Assembly: GCA_965215825.1 (NCBI GenBank)
Contig: CBDCEM010000002.1
Location: 1,614,504-1,678,503 of the forward strand
DNA: 64,000 nt
DNA from: Cyclobacteriaceae bacterium
GTDB taxonomy: Bacteria > Bacteroidota > Bacteroidia > Cytophagales > Cyclobacteriaceae
Direction of reading: 5' to 3'
The stretch's first letter is position 1; each line of letters opens with the position of its first letter. Under the pieces are notes generated by a model, which searched no databases, was not told where the DNA came from, and worked only from the letters and a program-made list of their open reading frames with translations. Positions 18,188-29,000 of this stretch are shown here, one piece after another. Position numbers and translations under genes: made by a program.

Positions 18188-20722
18188 TCAGTAAGTGAGC
18201 GACATTTCAACAGGTTCCTGGATTCGAAAATCCATTGGTAGTGAGATAATCATCGTCACACCGTCCTTTTGATTATGCGCCTCAATAGATCCATTGTGTT
18301 GGCTAATGAAGGAGTAAGCCACTGTCAATCCCAGTCCTGCACCTTCACCAGTTTCCTTGGTTGAAAACAAAGGGTCAAAGATCTTTCCCATTGTAGGCTG
18401 ATCAATATTGTCACCATAATTGTGGAATGAAATGACAATGCATTTTAGGTCCTCGTTAATTTCGGTTTTTACTTCAATGACTTTTGGAAGGTTTATTTTT
18501 TCTCGGTGTTTGGTATAATAGATGGCATTATCAAGCAAGTTGATGAACACTTTATGCAATCGGTCTGCGTAAACCTCTATTTCCGTTGTGGCGTTGAGTG
18601 TTGTTTTGATTTCCATTTCCTCATCCAGGCGACCATTGAATAAAGACACGGCACTCTTGAGAATTTCATCAATGGTGGTGGATTTACGAACATCAGCTCC
18701 TTGTTGAGCATAAGACGAAAGACCCTTTACTATTGTGGTGGCGCGTTCTGATCCTTCCTCAATCCATGAGAGGGCTTTATGAAGTTCTTCATTTACATCT
18801 TTGGGTACATTTTCAATGTGATTCAATTCAAGGTCAATCACATTTTTGGCTCCATGTATGAGATTGAGAGAATTGTTCATTTCGTGGGCAACGCCCATCG
18901 TAAAAACTCCTAATGCCGCTGTTTTTTCTGCCTGAATGACCTGATTTTGAGTTGTTCTTAGTTCATCAAGTGTGGCTTCTATTTCTTCTTTTTGAGCCGA
19001 CAATTTGGATATGGAGGCCTCCAGCTCGTGATTGGTTCCCCGAAGTTCATTATTCAATGACTCAATCTCAGAAGTTCTCAATTGGACCAGATCTTCCAGG
19101 TGATCACGGTACTTTGCCAGCTGTCGTTCTACTTGTTTCCGGGCAGATATGTCTCTCACCGAGACTAATATCTTGTCGTTTGATTGGTCTAATGCCGAAA
19201 GGGCAATTTCAGCGTCGAAAACTGTCCCGTCAGACTTTAGACGCTGCGTTTCTCCAAGGTGAACCCGACCCTGACCTTTTATGACACTCAGGGCTTTTTC
19301 TATGGAGGCTGCCAACTCGGCTTTGTCCATATCCGGGGGAATAAGGTCAAAAGGGTTCAGCTTGAAAAATTGTTCTTTTTTGTATCCAAATAATTTGCAC
19401 GCCGACACATTCGCATCCAGATAGCGTTTCTTTGCAGGCTGATATACGAGTTTTGCCTCATAAGCAAATTCGAATAAATTTCTGAATTCCTCTTCATTCT
19501 TGATTAACCCACGTTCTGCTTTTTTCCGGTGACTAATATCCAGGAAAGAGGCTAAGAAATGCTTCTTTTCCCGGTCCAATAAAGAGACGGTGATCTCTGT
19601 TTCGAAAACCGTTCCATCGGCTTTAAGATTGAGGCTTTCTTCTCGTAAATAGCCATGTGTCATGACGTGATCAAGAGACCTTTGAATATTTTCCTTCGCA
19701 GATTCCTGAAAAACCTGAGGAGGTTTAAGATCAATAGGTGTCAATTTCTTTAATTGTTCTATAGAGTAACCAAATAATTCGACTGCAGCATGATTCATGT
19801 GCAGGTATTTGTTGTTGACACTGTCATACACGACCTTGGCTTCAACACTGTACTCGAAAAGGCTTTGATATTTCTCTAGACTCGATTCCAGTTCTTTTTG
19901 TTGGAATTCTCGCTGTAATTCAAGTGAGAGCCGGGAGGAATAGAGCTCCAGTAACGACTGAATTAGTTTCGTGTTTTCAATAGGCTTATTGTCTATAAGG
20001 CAGAAATGGCCAATTACTTTGCCCTCATCATTCTTAAGCCCAATCCCGAGGTAAGATTCGATATCCGGCCCAAAAAGGCTATTGTTGATATTCTTTTTTA
20101 AGTGCTCTTCTTCAGACAAACAGAACACTCCCTTAGTTAGAACCTCACCACAAGGCATTCCTTCAACTTCGTAGGTGAAATTTTCCTGTAACTCTCGATT
20201 GTAGCTAAGTGCCCTGACGGTGATCGTCTTCAAGGACTCGTCTGCTATCCCGATCATGGCATATTTCACATTGAGCAAGTCGCTGATTTTAAGTACGATA
20301 GTTGAAAAAATAGATAGATTGTTATTTGTGAATTCAGCCGTGATACTTCGTATTAAAAGATCTTTGAGTTGACTTTCTGTTACATCCTCTGCCAGATATA
20401 GTTTTAATTCGTTTGGGAAACTGTCGTTGTGTTTATGACTTAATCGGATCCATTTCTCAGTATTTACAACTTTTATTGGGATATCAAATAGATTAGGTGA
20501 GTGCTTAAGTGTGTTTCGATAATGGGCCAGACTGTTCTGATGAATGAGACTCTCGAAAGCTATAGGTTCCTTAGAGGGTTCTATTCCAGTCAATTGCTGG
20601 AAGTTGACATTGTAGTAAGACAAATTGTCCCCTCGAATGTAAACGAGACCAATGGGTAAACCGTCATCGATAGGTTCTTGCATGTCACAGTTTGTTTTTA
20701 CAATTGGACAGGTGACATACAC
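18188..20722 (-). CDS. Multi-sensor hybrid-type histidine kinase (GAF/PAS x2 - HisKA - HATPase_c)
   Basis: 844 aa. It has PAS-like blocks, a coiled-coil linker, an H-box (MGVAHEMNNSLNLIHG) and N/G1/G2 boxes (NLLDNAIYY…, GEGAGLGLTVAYSF). No N-terminal TM region, so it is probably cytoplasmic. Confidence 0.8.
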   Translation of the reverse strand: MYVTCPIVKTNCDMQEPIDDGLPIGLVYIRGDNLSYYNVNFQQLTGIEPSKEPIAFESLIHQNSLAHYRNTLKHSPNLFDIPIKVVNTEKWIRLSHKHNDSFPNELKLYLAEDVTESQLKDLLIRSITAEFTNNNLSIFSTIVLKISDLLNVKYAMIGIADESLKTITVRALSYNRELQENFTYEVEGMPCGEVLTKGVFCLSEEEHLKKNINNSLFGPDIESYLGIGLKNDEGKVIGHFCLIDNKPIENTKLIQSLLELYSSRLSLELQREFQQKELESSLEKYQSLFEYSVEAKVVYDSVNNKYLHMNHAAVELFGYSIEQLKKLTPIDLKPPQVFQESAKENIQRSLDHVMTHGYLREESLNLKADGTVFETEITVSLLDREKKHFLASFLDISHRKKAERGLIKNEEEFRNLFEFAYEAKLVYQPAKKRYLDANVSACKLFGYKKEQFFKLNPFDLIPPDMDKAELAASIEKALSVIKGQGRVHLGETQRLKSDGTVFDAEIALSALDQSNDKILVSVRDISARKQVERQLAKYRDHLEDLVQLRTSEIESLNNELRGTNHELEASISKLSAQKEEIEATLDELRTTQNQVIQAEKTAALGVFTMGVAHEMNNSLNLIHGAKNVIDLELNHIENVPKDVNEELHKALSWIEEGSERATTIVKGLSSYAQQGADVRKSTTIDEILKSAVSLFNGRLDEEMEIKTTLNATTEIEVYADRLHKVFINLLDNAIYYTKHREKINLPKVIEVKTEINEDLKCIVISFHNYGDNIDQPTMGKIFDPLFSTKETGEGAGLGLTVAYSFISQHNGSIEAHNQKDGVTMIISLPMDFRIQEPVEMSLTY

Positions 20723-20905
20723 AAGGAATTCTTGTGCAATTTAAATTCCGAACTGGTTCTATCCGGTTGAAACAGAAGTGTAACTGTTTCACTTATTAAA
20801 ATAATGAAGATATGCGATTTCTCGCATATCTATTTTGTGAGTGTCGTCAATTCAATTTTTAATGGTTTTGGGGAGCTGCTAAGCTCCCTCAAGTGAATTA
20901 AGCTC

Positions 20906-21964
20906 CTATTGGTTTGCAGCTACTTTTGCAGACTGCTCTTGTTGGTCGTATTTGAATTTCACGCCAAGTCGATCACCAATCCTTATTGAAGTCAGAAGGC
21001 TGGCCCAACAAAGTGATGCCAGGATTTGCTCATCTTTTCCATTATAGAACATGTGAAATTCCTTGAAATGATAGTCCTGAATTCTATGAGGAGAAAAAGC
21101 AGTCAGGTAAAGCATACGAGCAAGCGGTTGGTTTTTTGAGGATACCACTGAAACCACCGTGTCAAGATTTTTGGTGTTTTCCATGTCTGAGCCGTCCCAA
21201 TCCATGATTTGATCTTTGATGAAGCTTTGGACTTCCTGCGGGACATGTTGATCCGCCAATTCCGAAACGACATGAAAGAAGTAAGTGAAGACGTATTCAA
21301 CTCTTGGGTTGCCAGAAGCCCAGTAGAGACCTTTGATGTTGGCATAATTGCCTTTGTTTTCACCTTCTTTTCGTTCGGCATGAAGTACACCTGAAAACAT
21401 CTTGGCCGCCATGGCTTTCATCATTCCTTTGAAGAAATTGATATTGAGAGGCAGAATCGTGGGACCCAAAAAGATCGTTACCATCCTGTTCAGGTAGTGG
21501 AAGAAAACAGCAGTTCCGATGATCTCCGCAGATTCTTTTGAGGAGAATGGCGGATTGTTAATTGCCATTGACTTAAAATTTCGGGTGTTGAAGGCCCAAT
21601 TGACGACTTTACGAACTTCATCACTTTCAATAAGATCCAGATCTTTTTTGACTATGGCATCAGCCACGAGTTTGTCTTTCAGACCAATAATCATAATCGT
21701 GTGTGCGTCCACGCAGTACGGACATTCGTTACTGGCGGAGACTGCCGCGCCAACAGCTTCTTTTATTTTGCGACTTACAGCGTCTTCAATGATGACCGTT
21801 TCTCGTAAGATTCCCCAAATCCCTTTTAGTAGATCCGGTATGATGGCGTGAAGTGAAATGGGCTCAACGACATCTCCCATTTCTGTTTTTAGTTGGTGGT
21901 AAATTTCTTTCACCTCACCATCTGCTTGTCTCGGTGAGATGGATTTAATGTGGCTTATCGACAT
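20906..21964 (-). CDS. Carboxymuconolactone decarboxylase/AhpD-like (CMD) domain protein
   Basis: CPYCVDAHT matches the AhpD-family CxxC…H core. At 352 aa it is longer than a single CMD domain, so it is probably a two-domain protein. Confidence 0.45.
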   Translation of the reverse strand: MSISHIKSISPRQADGEVKEIYHQLKTEMGDVVEPISLHAIIPDLLKGIWGILRETVIIEDAVSRKIKEAVGAAVSASNECPYCVDAHTIMIIGLKDKLVADAIVKKDLDLIESDEVRKVVNWAFNTRNFKSMAINNPPFSSKESAEIIGTAVFFHYLNRMVTIFLGPTILPLNINFFKGMMKAMAAKMFSGVLHAERKEGENKGNYANIKGLYWASGNPRVEYVFTYFFHVVSELADQHVPQEVQSFIKDQIMDWDGSDMENTKNLDTVVSVVSSKNQPLARMLYLTAFSPHRIQDYHFKEFHMFYNGKDEQILASLCWASLLTSIRIGDRLGVKFKYDQQEQSAKVAANQ

Positions 21965-22384
21965 GGCTTTGTGCAGTGTTTAATAATACAAAAGTTTGAC
22001 TTCTGTGAGTACTTCTTTCAGTTCTTGAATGTCCAAGCTAGCGATCGTTCCAGAGTTCATATCAATCTTCAGAGTTAACTATTTGGAGAATTTCGTGATT
22101 TTATAGGATGGAAGTGGAAAAAGATGAAGTGAACCTAGAATTGGGAATCAACACTTGAAATAGGTCAATTCCCGCTGCTACCTAAGGTTTGTCTGGTGGC
22201 CGACAGAAAAGGAAGGACATTCCTTTTTGTAATTATTTTCTTTTGATCGGGCAACCTTTTTTCAAAAGCTGCATCTTTCTAACAAAGGTCACTATTCAAA
22301 AATTGATTGAAATGGTCTCAAAAGCGTACAATGGTCACAGTCTTTAGCTTTTGAGCCTGTTTTAATCTCATAAAATCTAGTAGC

Positions 22385-23122
22385 ATGAAATCGATCAACT
22401 CAACTTTACTCTTATGTTTCCTAATCTGTTCTGCATATGTGTCACAGGCCCAGGAAAAGAAGAACTTTCCAGTTCTGCCTTTCAACAAATTGATTGTAAG
22501 CCCCCATATCAATGTTGTATTACAGGAAGGTGCCGAGGAAAAGGTTGAAATCAGCAGTCGCCGGGTAGATGAGCGTGATATACATGTTGATATTGATGGA
22601 CAAACCTTAAGGATTTACCTTGAAGGTGCACGCCTTACACCAAGGAATCATAAAGAAAATGGTATGAGTTGGGATGCTTACAGGGATGTAGAAGTTACTG
22701 CTTACGTCACCTATACTGAACTTAAAAAACTATCGGTAAGAGGCGATCAACGTGTTGTGTGTGAGAGTTCGTTGAAGGGGAAGAAATTTAAACTGAAGAC
22801 CTTTGGAGATAATAGAGTGATCCTTTCTGGAGTGGAGACTGATTTCTTCAAAGCTTCGATGTACGGAGACAACCGGTTGGAAATTGATGGAGGTAAGTCG
22901 GCCAAACAGAAGTACCTGAGTTTCGGCGATAATGAGGTGAATGCACGTCATTATGAAGCGGACTTCACGAAAACCACAAGCTTTGGAGATGGTGAGTTTT
23001 CATTTAACGCAAGTGATGTAATAAAAGTCGTGGCATTCGGTGACGCTGATATTCAATATCGCGGAGGAGCTTACCTGGAAAGGGGCTTGATCCTCGGAGA
23101 TAGCGACATCAGAAGCAGATAG
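22385..23122 (+). CDS. Secreted protein with DUF2807/GIN-like repeats (putative adhesin head)
   Basis: Signal peptide (MKSINSTLLLCFLICSAYVSQA) and repeated …FGDN.V…GD… beta-solenoid-like units. Confidence 0.45.
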   Translation: MKSINSTLLLCFLICSAYVSQAQEKKNFPVLPFNKLIVSPHINVVLQEGAEEKVEISSRRVDERDIHVDIDGQTLRIYLEGARLTPRNHKENGMSWDAYRDVEVTAYVTYTELKKLSVRGDQRVVCESSLKGKKFKLKTFGDNRVILSGVETDFFKASMYGDNRLEIDGGKSAKQKYLSFGDNEVNARHYEADFTKTTSFGDGEFSFNASDVIKVVAFGDADIQYRGGAYLERGLILGDSDIRSR

Positions 23123-23193
23123 CTTCCGTTGAAGTGCGGTTTTTTCATTTTTAATGGTTAGACTAGCAGTTGAAAATCTAACCAACAAAACAA

Positions 23194-23943
23194 ATGAAAC
23201 TTACAACTTGTTTAAGCTGCACCGTTATTTTATTGTCTATTTTCTCCTGTGGTTCTGGTTCGGAACAATCTGATTCTGAAGCCAAAACATCAGAAACTGA
23301 AGCGATTGAAACGCCGGAAGTTACTGCTGTAAAAGCAGTTTGTATCTGGAATGAGGTTTCTGTTCGTGCTACACCTGATGCAAAAGGAAAATGGTTGACC
23401 AGTATGAGCATTGGAGAGGTGGTGGAATATCTGGGTGAAGATGCTCCAGATGCTCAGGATGCTAAGAATACTTATGCTAAGGTTAAATTGACTGATGGTG
23501 CGGAAGGGTGGTCTAGAAAAGATTTCATTATTGAAAATGGTGAAGTGGCAGTATTTCTTGAAAACAACACCATCTATAAACGTCCGGATTTATTGACTAA
23601 AACCGATGACCAGTTCTCTCAAATGGACATTGTTGCGATCAAGTCTACACAAGGAGATTGGGCAGAAGTAACGGGTAAGAGAAAGGAAGGCACATGGATC
23701 AGCACAGGATGGGTCAAAGGAAATAAGTTATCCAAAGATGGTGCTGACGTGGCAGTTGCCAAATTCGGGAGAGTGGCACTTGACGAAGAAGATCCTGAAG
23801 TTCAGATAGAAGAGTTTAAAGAAATACTGGATAATTCAGATTTACGTTCTTCCAAGTTTATTCCCTTTATTCAGGCCAGCTTCAATGCTTTGCAGGCTTC
23901 TGAAATGGTGGAAGATACGGTTGAAGCTGATTCAATTCAATGA
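23194..23943 (+). CDS. Lipoprotein, hypothetical
   Basis: Lipobox LLSIFSCGSG, 249 aa, acidic and Ser/Thr-rich N-terminal linker. Confidence 0.45.
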   Translation: MKLTTCLSCTVILLSIFSCGSGSEQSDSEAKTSETEAIETPEVTAVKAVCIWNEVSVRATPDAKGKWLTSMSIGEVVEYLGEDAPDAQDAKNTYAKVKLTDGAEGWSRKDFIIENGEVAVFLENNTIYKRPDLLTKTDDQFSQMDIVAIKSTQGDWAEVTGKRKEGTWISTGWVKGNKLSKDGADVAVAKFGRVALDEEDPEVQIEEFKEILDNSDLRSSKFIPFIQASFNALQASEMVEDTVEADSIQ

Positions 23944-23960
23944 TTTAATATCACATTAAA

Positions 23961-24013
23961 CAGGTTGTCTCGAAAACTCAACCTGAAGAGCTTTTAACTT
24001 TTGAGACAACCTA
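23961..24013. terminator. Candidate bidirectional terminator between convergent genes
   Basis: GGTTGTCTCGAAAA / TTTTGAGACAACC 13-bp inverted repeat with a 22-nt loop. It sits between the stops at 23943 (+) and 24032 (-). Confidence 0.4.
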
Positions 24014-24031
24014 TACCCTTTACTACAATTG

Positions 24032-26227
24032 TTACTTTAAAAGTGCGATGATTTGATCCAGGTGCTGTTCAAAACCAGCAAGTGTTTCAGTTAATATGCC
24101 AATTTGTTCTTGAGCTTCCTTCCAGTTTTCCTGTTCGATGGCTTCCCGAACACCCGGCAAAGTCTTTACACCATAACCTGTGTAGAAACCCGGAGCATAG
24201 AGTTGGTGTTTGAACCATGATCTTCGAGGCAGTCCCTCTTCACGTGTAAGTTTTCTCTCAGACTTATATAAAAGTCCATTAACCTGATTCAGTTCTGCCG
24301 AGGACAACTCTGTAAGGTTGGCGCTCGAAATAGCAGCGACTTTTATCTTGATTGAGGCCAATTGGTTTTGGAGAGGGGAGAAGTCCAGGAAAGGTACAGG
24401 CGATTTCGGTTCCGGGTTTTTAAAAGCTTTTTGCGGATCTGCAGCTAACTTAAAAGCATCATTAGCTAGCAGTTTATTGTGTTTTTCAACCTGTCCACGC
24501 TTGTTTTCAAGTAAGGTCATGATTTCGCTGAGGTATTGATCAACAGTAGCGTGCCATTCTCCAAATTGAAAAGGGAGTACATCCGCATTGGCGAGCCTTA
24601 AAACCAATCTCCCAGCAGTTTGTGCAAGCGCAATGCCGTATTGGAACTCTGGATCTTTGAAACGTTTGTAATGTGGATATGTATCGTAAATCGTATGGTA
24701 TTCACCACCTGCATTTTCACCTCCAAAACCGAGGTTGAGGGATGCAATTCCAGCGTGCTGAATGAACGGTGTGTAATCCGATCCGGAACCAAGCGCATAT
24801 AAAGACATTTGGCCATTACCCCCTCGAATCATATCCAGTGCACCTACTCGCTCATAAATAGAAACATCTTTCTGGGGGTCGGTCACAGCTTTTGCCGTTT
24901 CTTTCACATAGGCTTGCAATGAATGACTACCACCAACTCGGAGGAACCCCCGACCATTGCCATCTGTATTGATGTAGGCGACTGTCTTTTCCCGTAATTC
25001 GTCCCTATGGTCTTCTACCCATTCGGTAGAACCGATCAGTCCGGGTTCTTCGGCATCCCAGCCACAGTAAATAAGCGTTCTTCTGGGCTTATTTCCTTGT
25101 TTTGCTAACTCTGCAATTGCTCTGGCTTCTTCCATCAAGGCAACCATTCCACTGACCGGATCATTGGCACCGTGTACCCAGGCATCGTGGTGATTGCCTC
25201 GAATGATATATTGATCGGGGAAGGCACTGCCTTCCATTTTCGCAATCACATTATACGCTGGCTTGATATCCCAATTGAATTCAAGTTTTAAGTGAACTTT
25301 TGCAGGCCCGGGTCCAATATGGTAAGTGATGGGCAATGCTCCTTTCCAGGAGTTGGGGGCAACAGGTCCTTCTAAAGCGGAGAGTAAGGGAAGTGCGTCC
25401 TCATACGAAATAGGTAGTACAGGAATTTTTGTAATTGTTGGTGCCTCTTTTCGGTCAAGCCTCTTGGCTTTTTTAGTAGCACCATAGCCGGGAGTGAGAA
25501 CATCTCCGGGATAAGTGGGCATATCCATGACCGAGCCACGTTGCACTCCTGTTTTGTTCTTAAAGGCACCCTTTGGATAAACATCTCCCCTATAATAGCC
25601 ATCATCTCGGGGGTCTGAATAAATGATACAGCCGATGGCGCCCTTTTCAGCGGCTAATTTTGGTTTGATGCCTCTCCATGATCCAAAATATTTTGCAATG
25701 ACAATTTTGCCTTTCACATCAATACCCAGGCGATCTAATTCTTCATAATCTGCCGGTACACCATAATTCACAAAAACCAGTTCTGCTTCCACGTCTCCAT
25801 CAGTGGAGAACGCATTGTAGGAAGGAAGTAATTCTTCTCCCTGTGCGGTGTATTCGTCACCTTCAACAGCCACAGCGGAAAGTTTCGCAGTGTAAGGTGT
25901 TGGGCCAGTCATTTCCAATAGCCGAACCTTTGGAGTGGGAAATAGGACGTGATAGGTTTCTATGTTGGCATCATATCCCCAGGAGGCAAATTGATCACGC
26001 ATCCATTCTGCATTGGCCTTCCCATGTTCCGTGCCAACGAAGTGGGGTTTGGCCGCCATACGTTTCATCCATTGGTCCAGGTTGTCTGCTTGAAGTGTGG
26101 CATCCAGTTGTTTTTCGAGTTGTACCTGTTCGGAAATGCGCTCACTCTTGAAACCAATAATGGATTCTTGAGCCCATGTACATGTAACGAACAATAAAAG
26201 AAGTAGTGATAGGCAAGGTCGATTCAT
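24032..26227 (-). CDS. M28-family peptidase with PA and transferrin-receptor-like dimerisation domains (glutamate-carboxypeptidase-II-like)
   Basis: 731 aa, signal peptide, Zn-ligand blocks (…HHDAWVHGANDPVSG…, …GWDAEEPGLIGSTEW…) and a C-terminal TfR-like dimerisation region. Confidence 0.75.
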   Translation of the reverse strand: MNRPCLSLLLLLFVTCTWAQESIIGFKSERISEQVQLEKQLDATLQADNLDQWMKRMAAKPHFVGTEHGKANAEWMRDQFASWGYDANIETYHVLFPTPKVRLLEMTGPTPYTAKLSAVAVEGDEYTAQGEELLPSYNAFSTDGDVEAELVFVNYGVPADYEELDRLGIDVKGKIVIAKYFGSWRGIKPKLAAEKGAIGCIIYSDPRDDGYYRGDVYPKGAFKNKTGVQRGSVMDMPTYPGDVLTPGYGATKKAKRLDRKEAPTITKIPVLPISYEDALPLLSALEGPVAPNSWKGALPITYHIGPGPAKVHLKLEFNWDIKPAYNVIAKMEGSAFPDQYIIRGNHHDAWVHGANDPVSGMVALMEEARAIAELAKQGNKPRRTLIYCGWDAEEPGLIGSTEWVEDHRDELREKTVAYINTDGNGRGFLRVGGSHSLQAYVKETAKAVTDPQKDVSIYERVGALDMIRGGNGQMSLYALGSGSDYTPFIQHAGIASLNLGFGGENAGGEYHTIYDTYPHYKRFKDPEFQYGIALAQTAGRLVLRLANADVLPFQFGEWHATVDQYLSEIMTLLENKRGQVEKHNKLLANDAFKLAADPQKAFKNPEPKSPVPFLDFSPLQNQLASIKIKVAAISSANLTELSSAELNQVNGLLYKSERKLTREEGLPRRSWFKHQLYAPGFYTGYGVKTLPGVREAIEQENWKEAQEQIGILTETLAGFEQHLDQIIALLK

Positions 26228-26277
26228 GAAATGAAGTATTTAGACCTTGAAGATAAGAAGAGCCGCCGAATTAAATA

Positions 26278-28821
26278 CTAGCGAGAGATGATCAACCTTT
26301 TTGTTTCTGAGCCTTCTGATGTGTCAACAACAAGTAGAAAGACACCTTCCATTGTTTCGTCTCTCAGGAAAATACGCATGCGATCTTCTGCATACTCCTG
26401 TGTAAAATTGATAGGAATGACTTTGCCTTGCAAGTCCACCAAAGTCATAGAATTAATTGAGGACCGGGACTGGATGACAAAAGACTCAGTTGTTATCGGA
26501 TTTGGGAATACGGTAACGATATTGTTTGTCAACAGGGGGTGATTGTTTAAAGCGCTTAGTTCATTGATCCAATCTTTGAGTGTATTTAGGTAGGTTGTAT
26601 CCAATACTTCACGGGCAATCGGAGGCATTTGATTGTTATCCAGGCTTTCGTCTCTAATGAGTAATTCTGAGCGGCCTTCATTTCCTGGTGCTACGATTTT
26701 ATTTCCTTCTATGGAGTTGGAACTAAAGACATCTGCATTGATGATTTTTGAGTCGATAAGAGCTGTTGTGTAACGTGCATCGAATTGCGTAAAACCTGGA
26801 CGTCCATCATGGCAATGGCTGCAATTCGCATCCAGATAAGAACGAACACGATTTTCAAGTGAAGCATTGGTGTCTTCAATAGCGTACATTTTTAGAAGTG
26901 TATCAATACTAAAGTTTTGGTCGAATAGTCCCGTAGCTTGCCAAAGGTCAAGTTGATTCCAGTTTTCACCTTCGTGGACTACCTGAAGATTCATTTGCCC
27001 GGTTTTTACACCCAGGACAAAGTTCGCGGTTGGGTTGTGGCACCTCATACATTGGCCGCGAGTAGGGTAGTTCCAAACTCTTTCTTGTTCTCCCAATACA
27101 TTTTGAACAACCAACGTGTCGGAAATTTGCTCATCAATATCGATCAAAACAGCATCAGAATCATCCTCATTCCAGCGGTAAGTCAATCCATATCCTTGAT
27201 TTTCTTCATCGATAACAAAAAGCCGGGTTTCAAGTTTTTTGGTACTTTCGGCATCAGTCGATTGCTCAAAATGTTTGATAAACACTGTGCCTTTCGGGAA
27301 ACTCCATGGTCTCTCAGCATCGAAGTTTATTGTTGAATCTTTTGGGAGTACCATCCAACGCCTCTTTTTAGCTCCATCAGACCACAAGGGGGAGTTGATT
27401 TCGTATGGGACAATCCCTGCTGCCACTTCAAGTGCCGCCAGGTCTTCAAAAATGCCTAATTCGGATAGACGATCCGGCGCATCTTCGATGAGGTTATTTT
27501 TTTCCAATTCATAGATGTTGCCAAACATATTGAGCACGCAAATGCTTCCATCATGGCCGATAAAAAAGTCGATGATCCGGGGGAGACTTCTGAACAATAG
27601 TGTGGCACTGTTTTCTTGATCTCGATTCAGGGCCCAAACATTTCCGGTTTCCCAGTCTCCAAAAATGTATTGACCGTTCAGGTCGGGATATTGATCCCCA
27701 TGATAGACTAAACCGCCCATGGATGCACCACCCACAGATCGTCCATAATCGTAAATTGGAGGTTGTTCTTCACCGAAAATAACCGGCGGAAAGTCTTTGG
27801 GCTCATTCCTGACACTTCCTTCAAAGTAAGGCCATTGGTAATTGCCTCCTTTAACAATAAGGTTGATTTCTTCCCGAGTTTGTCCACCTACATCCGCGAC
27901 CCAGATTTCTTCATTTACCTCATCATAATGAGCACTATATGGATTTCTAAGTCCGATTGCATAATATTCCTCCAGGTATCTACCTGATTCGTCGACCCAG
28001 GGATTGTCGTTGGGAATGAAATAATTCTCATTGATATTGCCAGGATAGCCTTCTGGTATTTCATCGCCAATTGGATGCCTTCTAATAGGATGACTTCTCG
28101 TTTCATCCATATCCGGGTCTATGCGAAGCATCCCAGAGAAAAGTGCCTTGTCAAGTTTTTGAGCGTTGCCGAACCAGTCACTCCATTTACCACCGTCTCC
28201 AAGTGAAACATAGAGGTATCCTTCTTTGTCAAAGAATAACTCTCCGGCGTTGTGATTATGATCAGGATCAACTTGTTGGATAAGAATTGCTTCCGATGAG
28301 ACAGGAATAGAAGACATGTCCTCCGACATGCGGAACTTAGACAGTCGATCATAAATAGGAAGTGCTCCTTCTTCATGTAGGAAAGTGTAATAGAGGAATA
28401 GTTCTCGAAAGTGAGTACTCGACGCATTGTTAAAATCTGGATGAAAGGCCACTCCAGTCAGTCCTGATTCGTGCTCAATGGACAATATATCTCCAATATC
28501 CATGAGTAACTGTACATCACTGCCTATTGGACTTTCTTCGAAAGAGAAAACTTTTCCATGTTTTGTAATTGCAACGTAGCGAGTAGTGCCAGGAATTTTC
28601 CTTATGCGTGTATAAAAATCATCACTTAGAGGAATGTTGCCCACTTCGTTGAATCGCCAGGTAGCAGGGGCTAGTTTGGGGAGTTGGTTGTTTAGGAAAG
28701 GTTCCCAGCGCTCTGTTTGTAGAAAAGCATCTCTGGAGCCGAGTTGTAAACCTAAAGAGGCAATGGCCACGATCCCAACCAAGAGTAATGAGCTAAAAAT
28801 AGTAGTTGCATTGTACTTCAT
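26278..28821 (-). CDS. PQQ-dependent soluble sugar (aldose/sorbosone) dehydrogenase-like protein fused to di-haem cytochrome c motifs and a T9SS C-terminal sorting domain
   Basis: An HNAGELFFDKEGYLYVSLGDGG motif typical of the YliI/GSDH beta-propeller. Two CxxCH sites (CMRCHNP, CSHCHDG). The C-terminal …TVFPNPITTESFVIQ… is a Por-secretion CTD. Signal peptide present. Confidence 0.7.
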   Translation of the reverse strand: MKYNATTIFSSLLLVGIVAIASLGLQLGSRDAFLQTERWEPFLNNQLPKLAPATWRFNEVGNIPLSDDFYTRIRKIPGTTRYVAITKHGKVFSFEESPIGSDVQLLMDIGDILSIEHESGLTGVAFHPDFNNASSTHFRELFLYYTFLHEEGALPIYDRLSKFRMSEDMSSIPVSSEAILIQQVDPDHNHNAGELFFDKEGYLYVSLGDGGKWSDWFGNAQKLDKALFSGMLRIDPDMDETRSHPIRRHPIGDEIPEGYPGNINENYFIPNDNPWVDESGRYLEEYYAIGLRNPYSAHYDEVNEEIWVADVGGQTREEINLIVKGGNYQWPYFEGSVRNEPKDFPPVIFGEEQPPIYDYGRSVGGASMGGLVYHGDQYPDLNGQYIFGDWETGNVWALNRDQENSATLLFRSLPRIIDFFIGHDGSICVLNMFGNIYELEKNNLIEDAPDRLSELGIFEDLAALEVAAGIVPYEINSPLWSDGAKKRRWMVLPKDSTINFDAERPWSFPKGTVFIKHFEQSTDAESTKKLETRLFVIDEENQGYGLTYRWNEDDSDAVLIDIDEQISDTLVVQNVLGEQERVWNYPTRGQCMRCHNPTANFVLGVKTGQMNLQVVHEGENWNQLDLWQATGLFDQNFSIDTLLKMYAIEDTNASLENRVRSYLDANCSHCHDGRPGFTQFDARYTTALIDSKIINADVFSSNSIEGNKIVAPGNEGRSELLIRDESLDNNQMPPIAREVLDTTYLNTLKDWINELSALNNHPLLTNNIVTVFPNPITTESFVIQSRSSINSMTLVDLQGKVIPINFTQEYAEDRMRIFLRDETMEGVFLLVVDTSEGSETKRLIISR

Positions 28822-28943
28822 CTCTGCCTTCTCAATGGAGCAAAATTAATGCCGATGGTTCTAAAGAATTCGATTCTCTGCTAATAACAAATGAATCTTC
28901 ACAATATTATCAATACAAAGACACGGGAATCGATGTAAAAGTT

Positions 28944-28996
28944 AGGGTCGATCATAAAAGAAACCCTGAGCACATGCAGCTCATGAGCCCAGGGTT
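28944..28996 (-). terminator. Rho-independent terminator downstream of rtcB
   Basis: In minus sense, AACCCTGGGCTCATGAGCTGCATGTGCTCAGGGTT followed by TCTTTTAT. Confidence 0.5.
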
Positions 28997-29000
28997 AATT

